A DNA stretch of 62,122 bases from Euryarchaeota archaeon UBA28 (GTDB lineage Archaea; Thermoplasmatota; Poseidoniia; Poseidoniales; Thalassarchaeaceae): assembly GCA_002501605.1 (NCBI GenBank), contig DANW01000021.1:1-62122 (forward strand). Reading direction: 5' to 3'. The notes under the pieces are model-generated. The model saw only the letters and a list, made by a program, of their open reading frames with translations. It did no database searches and was not told where the DNA came from. Shown here one piece after another: positions 56,383 to 62,122 of the stretch. Position 1 is the first letter of the stretch; each line of letters begins with the position of its first letter. The translations under genes were made by a program, and so were the position numbers.

Positions 56383-58018
56383 CTCCCTCTGTTTCGTTGG
56401 ATCCCCATTGTTTGATTTTCTTCACGATTCCTACCAGCTCATCAGTTTTGTATCTTCTATCATTGAAAATGAAGTCGGTCAAGACCTTGTCGTCAACCAT
56501 TTTCTGTAACTGGGCTGCTGGTAGAGCATCAAACTCCTCTCTCGACATAGCGTTGACATTTCTGATACGGGTTAGAAGGACCTGTCTAATCTTCTCCGGC
56601 CTCTGGTAGTACTCATACCTCCTTGCATCCCCAAATCCGTAGTATATTATTCTGAAGACATGCCTCCATTCGTCTGGATCTTCCTTCCTGATTAGAACTG
56701 CCTCGAGGGATATGAACAGTCCAAGGAACAAAATTAACATGGCCATCCAATCATTCGTAAAATAAATCAGAAGGTAGTAGAGAAGGTTGTATGTATCTCC
56801 ACCGATGTTTGATTGCTGATGTCTACTCTCATCGAAAATTACTATTGCATTATCGCTGGCCTGAGTACTTGAGTTTCCAATTAGAAGTGCCTCAGCAATT
56901 ATGTCAAGTGCCCATTTACGATTGTCATTATCAGGGACTAGTCCTGAGTATTCGGGGTCGAAGTCGGGGTTGTAAAGGGAATTTATCAGAAGTGATCCAT
57001 CGGAGACGAAGTGGACTCTTCCAGAGTCAGGATCGATGCACAGCCGGTCGAAACAATATCTAACGTAAACTGCAAACGGGCCCTGCTCATCATCCTCAAT
57101 TCCGGCTGCCTCAAACCCTACCGTTAGATTTCCATCATCATTGGTGTCCAGGTATGAGTCTAAGGTTGACCTTCCTATAGCGTACCTGTTCTCAACAGGA
57201 TTGTAGGAGCTGTCCTTCTCAAAGGCCGAAGGACCATTGGTGAGCATGTTGTATCCCTCTGAAAAATCCCAAGCAGAGGTTGCTGGATCAAATCTGTGAG
57301 AGCATAGTCCGACGTCACCCATGGAGATTCCAGAAGTAGTAATGGCGGAGTCTTGTGGATCTAGGTCTAGTAGGTCAATTACTCCGTCCGCATCTGAGTC
57401 CTTCAGACAAGGGTTTACCGAAGACAAAGAGCCTGAATTAGTTGTAAAATTATATGCAGATGAGGCGTTCACCCAGACATAATTGTAGTCTAGTTCATGT
57501 GCATATGCTTGTCCGTCATAGAGCCTGTGTCCAGAATAATCCAAACCAAATTGCATGGCTAATTGAGCTGAATATCCAAAATCATCCATCAGAATTACTG
57601 TGCCACCCCTCTGAACAAAATTTTCAATCGCCAGGATTTCGGAGTTGGTATACCCATCACTTTCTGTCAATTCGATGACGCTTTCATCTCCTGTGAACCT
57701 CGGGAGTGAAATAGTATCTCTTTCAACTCCAGAGACGATGAAAACCGCCTCCTCCGGGTAGTCTATCTCACTGAGCAGAAGTGGACTGGAGACGAGAGCA
57801 TTTGTCTCAATGCCCATATTGTTGATATCTGACCTGAACGATCCTAAATCATTCCAATCATTACCATAGGCTGATTGCTGGGTCTCTCCATCAACCAAGT
57901 AAGTCTGCAGTATCTGGACTGCAAGAATGCCAATAAGAATCCAAAATGCACCTATCGATACCCCTCTCCTAAATTTGGGGGATGAAATGCTTCTGAGTGT
58001 GGTACTGAAGTCTGCCAT
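56375..58018 (-). CDS. Membrane-anchored extracellular protein, DUF4350-like, with Asp-rich Ca-binding-type loops
   Basis: N- and C-terminal TM helices, GGTVILMDDFGYS (DUF4350-like), and the DxDxDG-type loops DSDADGVIDLLDLD and DTNDDGNLT. It overlaps the DUF58 gene by 8 nt. Confidence 0.5.
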   Translation of the reverse strand: MADFSTTLRSISSPKFRRGVSIGAFWILIGILAVQILQTYLVDGETQQSAYGNDWNDLGSFRSDINNMGIETNALVSSPLLLSEIDYPEEAVFIVSGVERDTISLPRFTGDESVIELTESDGYTNSEILAIENFVQRGGTVILMDDFGYSAQLAMQFGLDYSGHRLYDGQAYAHELDYNYVWVNASSAYNFTTNSGSLSSVNPCLKDSDADGVIDLLDLDPQDSAITTSGISMGDVGLCSHRFDPATSAWDFSEGYNMLTNGPSAFEKDSSYNPVENRYAIGRSTLDSYLDTNDDGNLTVGFEAAGIEDDEQGPFAVYVRYCFDRLCIDPDSGRVHFVSDGSLLINSLYNPDFDPEYSGLVPDNDNRKWALDIIAEALLIGNSSTQASDNAIVIFDESRHQQSNIGGDTYNLLYYLLIYFTNDWMAMLILFLGLFISLEAVLIRKEDPDEWRHVFRIIYYGFGDARRYEYYQRPEKIRQVLLTRIRNVNAMSREEFDALPAAQLQKMVDDKVLTDFIFNDRRYKTDELVGIVKKIKQWGSNETEGGA

Positions 58019-58107
58019 GTGTAGGCCTCCATCTATAGGAATGACTACCGAGCCTTAACTTCGTATTAATACCGTTGTGGGGCCATGAACACACCCGCAT
58101 CAGGAGT

Positions 58108-58353
58108 TCAGCGTGTTAACTGGATTGCAGAACCTATTTTGGCAACCTCAGAGACAGGTACAGAAAGTAGTCCTTCAGAGGTAGGCCAAGGGAGGAATTT
58201 GGGGTCTATCCCTTGATCAATTACCACCAATAAAGAGACTATAGATCCGGTATCCATGTCTACACTGAAATCCGCCATAGTTCCAAGTTTATCGTTGGAA
58301 GCGTCTACTACTTCTCTCCCCAAAAGCTCTCGTCCGAAAGTTGTTGGCACCAT
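58108..58353 (-). CDS. PRC-barrel domain protein (81 aa)
   Basis: LLGREVVDASNDKLGTMADFSVDMDTGSIVSLLV fits the PRC-barrel pattern. It starts 6 nt after the cdc48 stop. Confidence 0.75.
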   Translation of the reverse strand: MVPTTFGRELLGREVVDASNDKLGTMADFSVDMDTGSIVSLLVVIDQGIDPKFLPWPTSEGLLSVPVSEVAKIGSAIQLTR

Positions 58354-58359
58354 TTCACC

Positions 58360-60591
58360 TCAGACTGATTCTATTCCGGCTAGACCATCAGGTAGCCTGC
58401 GAACTGATTGAAGACCACTTGTTAGCAATTCCTCCATCCTATTGTAGTACAGCATCATCTCATCGGTAACTGTCGGCCTAACCCTTTCGACAGCCTCCTC
58501 AAAGTGTTTCTTAGAAACCGTCTTCTTATCAGCTCTCATGGCTATTAATCCAGCTTCTCTGCAAACTGCCTCTATATCTGCGCCGGTGTAGTTCTCTAGT
58601 TTGGAAGCGATTTCATCCATCGAGAATTTCCCGAGAGGCATATTCTCTGTGTGAATCTGTAGAATGGATTTCAATGCCTCTGGGTCTGGAGGAGGAACGT
58701 GCATCACCCTCTCAAATCTTCCACTCCTCAACAGAGCTGGATCTATCATCTCAGGACGATTCGTTGCTGCAACAACGATGACACCTTCCATTCCCTCGAC
58801 ACCATCCATGCTACTCAAGAGCTGATTCACAACTCTATTGATTACATCGGACCCCTCCCCAGAACTTGATCTCCTGACTCCTGCGATACTCTCAAACTCA
58901 TCCAAGAAAATTATCGAAGGACTCGATTGCTTTGCTTTCTTGAAGACCTCTCTGACCGCCTTTTCTGATTCTCCTACCCATTTTGATATCAGTTCAGGAC
59001 CCTTAATCGTGATGAAATTGGCTTTGGCCTCATTGGCTATAGCCTTTGCAAGTAGGGTCTTCCCTGTTCCAGGTGCTCCGAAAAGAACGATTCCTCTGGG
59101 TGGATTGATCCCAAAGTGCTCAAACAACTCGGGCTTGGTTAGAGGCCATTCAATGCTCTCCTTTAGCCTGTCTTTTATCTCTTGTAGGCCACCAACTTCA
59201 TCCCAAGATACTTCTGGTACCTCGAGATAAATCTCCCTCAACGCACTGGGCTCGATCTCCTTGATAGCCATTTTGAAATCCGCCATAATTACAGCCATCT
59301 TCTCTAGAACCTCAGGTGGTATTTGCTCTTCGTCCAGATCTATCTCTGGTAGATACCTCCTCAGAGCCTTCATGGCTGATTCTCTAACCAAGGCGGAAAT
59401 GTCCGCACCGACGAAACCGTGTGTGTTATCCAGCAACCAATCAACGTCAAAGTCATCACTGATTGGCATCCCACGTGTGTGTATCTCTATTATCTCGGCC
59501 CTTCCGTTTTTGTCAGGAACGCCTATTTCTATTTCTCTATCGAATCTACCGGGCCGTCTAAGCGCTGGATCAATAGCATCCTGCCTATTAGTTGCCCCAA
59601 TAACGACAACATTGTCTCTACCCTGTATTCCGTCAAGAAGAGTCAGTAGCTGGGCAACTACCCTACGCTCAACCTCCCCACTTACATCTTCCCTCTTGGG
59701 GGCAATACTGTCAAGCTCATCTATGAAAATTATCGCGGGAGCATTAGAGGCGGCCTCTTCGAAAATCTCTCTCAACTGCTTTTCACTCTCTCCATAATAT
59801 TTGGATATGATTTCAGGGCCATTGATGGACGTGAAATGGGCATTTGTCTCGGATGCTACTGCTTTTGCAATCAGGGTCTTCCCTGTACCTGGAGGCCCAT
59901 GCAATAACACTCCTCTTGGAGGATCAATGCCTAATCTCCTGAATAAAATCGGGTGCTTAAGGGGGAGCTCTATCATTTCCCTAACTTTCTGTAGCTGTTC
60001 CCCCAGTCCACCTATGTCTTCATATGAGATTGTCTGAACGTCTCCTTGCTCCTCTTCGTCCACCGCATCCTCCTTGATCACTATGTCAGTGTCTGGAAGA
60101 ACTTGGACGATTCCCTTTGGCTTAGTTGAGACGATTGCGAAAGGAAGGGCCTCTGCAAAGAGGGTCATTCCGGGGATGAATATTCTATCTCCAGCAACTA
60201 CTGGTCTCTTGTTGAGGCCTCTTCGGGCAAATCCTTCTATCCCTGGTCCGAACCTTACTTTTTGTTGCTTGGCCATTACGGGACTCAGCACAAGTCTTTG
60301 GCAGGGCTGTGTCTCAACTTTCTTTATGTCGACCCTATCACCTAAGCTCACACCAGCATTTTTCCGGATTATTCCATCGACCCTAATTACGCCAAGATTA
60401 GCATCCTCTGGCCTGCATCTCCATACAATCGCAGCGGTTTTTCTCTCACCTGAAACCTCGATGATATCACCTGGTTTGAGATTTAGATCATTATCGAAAG
60501 GGACCCTCGCTCTACCATGGCCGACGTCGCTTGGTATTGCCTTGGCTACTCTTAATGTGAGGGAATCAGAATTTTCGTTGGTCATGTGCAC
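58360..60591 (-). CDS. cdc48: Cdc48/VCP-type AAA+ ATPase (two AAA domains)
   Basis: N-domain, D1 ([17 protein letters not shown]) and D2 ([17 protein letters not shown]). Length is 743 aa. Confidence 0.95.
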   Translation of the reverse strand: MHMTNENSDSLTLRVAKAIPSDVGHGRARVPFDNDLNLKPGDIIEVSGERKTAAIVWRCRPEDANLGVIRVDGIIRKNAGVSLGDRVDIKKVETQPCQRLVLSPVMAKQQKVRFGPGIEGFARRGLNKRPVVAGDRIFIPGMTLFAEALPFAIVSTKPKGIVQVLPDTDIVIKEDAVDEEEQGDVQTISYEDIGGLGEQLQKVREMIELPLKHPILFRRLGIDPPRGVLLHGPPGTGKTLIAKAVASETNAHFTSINGPEIISKYYGESEKQLREIFEEAASNAPAIIFIDELDSIAPKREDVSGEVERRVVAQLLTLLDGIQGRDNVVVIGATNRQDAIDPALRRPGRFDREIEIGVPDKNGRAEIIEIHTRGMPISDDFDVDWLLDNTHGFVGADISALVRESAMKALRRYLPEIDLDEEQIPPEVLEKMAVIMADFKMAIKEIEPSALREIYLEVPEVSWDEVGGLQEIKDRLKESIEWPLTKPELFEHFGINPPRGIVLFGAPGTGKTLLAKAIANEAKANFITIKGPELISKWVGESEKAVREVFKKAKQSSPSIIFLDEFESIAGVRRSSSGEGSDVINRVVNQLLSSMDGVEGMEGVIVVAATNRPEMIDPALLRSGRFERVMHVPPPDPEALKSILQIHTENMPLGKFSMDEIASKLENYTGADIEAVCREAGLIAMRADKKTVSKKHFEEAVERVRPTVTDEMMLYYNRMEELLTSGLQSVRRLPDGLAGIESV

Positions 60592-60727
60592 GGGCCCCTA
60601 GCAAGTACCCCTCGACGGAGGACATAGTTAAACCCACCAATGGAAGGATGTCAAAAATTGCGATTGGTTATCAGAACCAAGGGTCTCGATAAGTAGCATT
60701 ATGTCTAGTGCGTGATTCGGTAAACAC

Positions 60728-62122
60728 ATGACTCATGTGCTGGAGGCAGGTTTTGAAGAGATGGAAGTTGAGAATCCTAATGGTAGTCCTGCAATAAGGG
60801 GATATAACATAATTGCAGGAAAAATATCGCAATCTAGTGATGGAAGTACATTCCTAAGCAGGAATCCAGCATGGCTAGAGGATACAGTTGGTGAGTTTCC
60901 TCTTTCCACCAAGGAAGACGTGCATGAGGCGTTACGGGCCGCAAGGTCCGCATTTCCCTCGTGGGCCGCCACCCCGGCACCCACACGTGGTCAAGTTATT
61001 GGGAACATGGGCAGGCTATTGATGGAGAGAAAGGATGACTTGGTCCGACTGCAGGCTCGCGAGATCGGGAAAACCATGAAGGAATGTGGAGGAGAAATTC
61101 AAGAGGCAATAGACACGTGTCTCTTCTTCCAATCCGAGGGTAGGAGATTGTATGGCCAGACAGTCAATTCAGAGCTCCCGGACAAAGAGCTATTCACTTA
61201 CAGACGGCCATTAGGAGTTTGTGGAATAATAAATGCCTGTAACTTCCCGTCGGCGGTCCCTTTTTGGAAGATGATTCCTGCTATCATGTGTGGGAATACT
61301 TGCGTCTGGAAATCGCCGCAAGATTCTCCTCTTCTGTCTTTTGCTCTAGCAAGAATAATGCACGAAGCGGGCCTTCCTGATGGGGTCATCAATCTTGTAC
61401 ATGGGAAGGGTAGTGGAGCTGGTCAACATTTAGTTGATGCAACGGATCTTGGATTGGTGGACAAGATTTCATTCACCGGCAGTACCCCTGTGGGCAAGAT
61501 GATCGGAGAGGCCTGTGGAAGGAATCTGGTCAGTGCCTCATTGGAGCTGGGGGGTAAGAACCCTCTTGTTGTAATGCCTTCGGCCAACATAGATAACGCT
61601 GTTGAAGGAGCATATTGGGCTGGATTTGGAACCGCGGGACAACGATGTACTAGTCTAGGAAATTTGATTCTCCATGAGAGCATATATGAAGAATTCATGT
61701 CAAAATTCATGAAGAAGGTCTCAGAAACTAGAATTGGCGACTCGATGCGTCACGAGGGGGTTCTCTATGGCTCGATGCTCTCAGAGAAATACGGAGATGA
61801 CTTCCTTAGGGGATTAGAAATATGCGAATCGGATGGGGCAAAAAAACTCTGGGGATCAGGAAGAATCACAAAAGACAGTCATCCGGATGGTTTTGTCGGA
61901 GACGCAGATGAGGGTGTGTACATGTGGCCCCATGTTTATGATGGAGTTACCGAAGATATGAGATGCTTCCATGAGGAAATCTTCGGTCCTGTGGTCACAG
62001 TAGTGAAGGCCAAGGATTTCGACGACGCATTGCGTCTCGCTAATGCTTCTCCTTTCGGCCTTTCAAGTGCTTGCTACACAAATGACAGACTCGAGGCATT
62101 TAGATTCAAAACCGGAATCAAA
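60728..62122 (+). CDS. Aldehyde dehydrogenase family protein, 3'-truncated by the window edge
   Basis: Hand translation from the ATG at 60728 stays open for 465 codons to the window end. Motifs are FPSWAATP, ELGGKNPLVV, the catalytic-Cys block GTAGQRCTS and EEIFGPV. Confidence 0.85.
   Translation, partial: MTHVLEAGFEEMEVENPNGSPAIRGYNIIAGKISQSSDGSTFLSRNPAWLEDTVGEFPLSTKEDVHEALRAARSAFPSWAATPAPTRGQVIGNMGRLLMERKDDLVRLQAREIGKTMKECGGEIQEAIDTCLFFQSEGRRLYGQTVNSELPDKELFTYRRPLGVCGIINACNFPSAVPFWKMIPAIMCGNTCVWKSPQDSPLLSFALARIMHEAGLPDGVINLVHGKGSGAGQHLVDATDLGLVDKISFTGSTPVGKMIGEACGRNLVSASLELGGKNPLVVMPSANIDNAVEGAYWAGFGTAGQRCTSLGNLILHESIYEEFMSKFMKKVSETRIGDSMRHEGVLYGSMLSEKYGDDFLRGLEICESDGAKKLWGSGRITKDSHPDGFVGDADEGVYMWPHVYDGVTEDMRCFHEEIFGPVVTVVKAKDFDDALRLANASPFGLSSACYTNDRLEAFRFKTGIK

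Noticed and set aside
1-62122. CRISPR arrays, IS elements, integrases, prophage genes or recognisable defence systems (restriction-modification, toxin-antitoxin)
   Set aside because: Reading both strands, I saw no spaced direct-repeat array. I saw no transposase or integrase motifs near either tRNA, and no duplicated tRNA 3'-end (att-like) sequence. The surface-protein block is therefore flagged only as a possible variable island, not a mobile element.

Overview
This is a 62.1-kb chromosomal segment with no rRNA, CRISPR array, transposase or integrase. I count about 57 protein-coding genes, two tRNA-Gly genes and one unassigned structured-RNA candidate.

The informational and chaperone core reads as archaeal: a group II chaperonin (thermosome), Cdc48/VCP, the KEOPS kinase Bud32, an NcsA/TtuA tRNA thiolase, and tRNAs with archaeal Gly identity elements. 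Many other genes are of types best known from bacteria or eukaryotes: DnaK, GlpX, classical class I aldolase, an ABC-F ATPase, a bacterial-type ThrRS, TrhO, SemiSWEET and PpgK. With the acidic proteins, C-terminally anchored secreted peptidases and many acyl-CoA genes, this suggests a marine planktonic Thermoplasmatota (MGII/Poseidoniales-like) genome. That placement is inference only.

Gene content by block:
- Gluconeogenesis and Moco: fba, glpX, moaC, moaE.
- A roughly 13-kb acyl-CoA neighbourhood: four crotonase-fold genes, HADH, ALDH and a BoxB/PaaA-like diiron oxygenase.
- Translation-linked ATPases: a DEAD-box helicase and an ABC-F protein.
- A tRNA-flanked surface-protein and acyltransferase block.
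- Peptidases: M14, M17 and an agmatinase.
- A heat-shock hub: Hsp20-like, DnaK and thermosome.
- pyrG, thrS, and a TtuA-TrhO-cupin operon.
- A DUF58 module without MoxR, lying below a PRC-barrel gene and Cdc48.

The most interesting unexplained items:
1. A GC-rich, multi-hairpin intergenic element at about 80-390 that I could not assign to an RNA family.
2. An orphan locus at 399-3799: an 871-aa wHTH protein facing two tandem paralogous small wHTH genes across a 258-bp AT-rich region with repeated motifs.
3. The BoxB-like oxygenase cluster, which includes a translationally coupled His-rich unknown.
4. A membrane protein with formin-FH1-like polyproline repeats whose DNA copies differ only at synonymous sites.
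5. A cysteine-free Mrp/NBP35 ATPase.
6. The MoxR-less DUF58 module.

All family calls come from motif recognition by eye. No database search was run.
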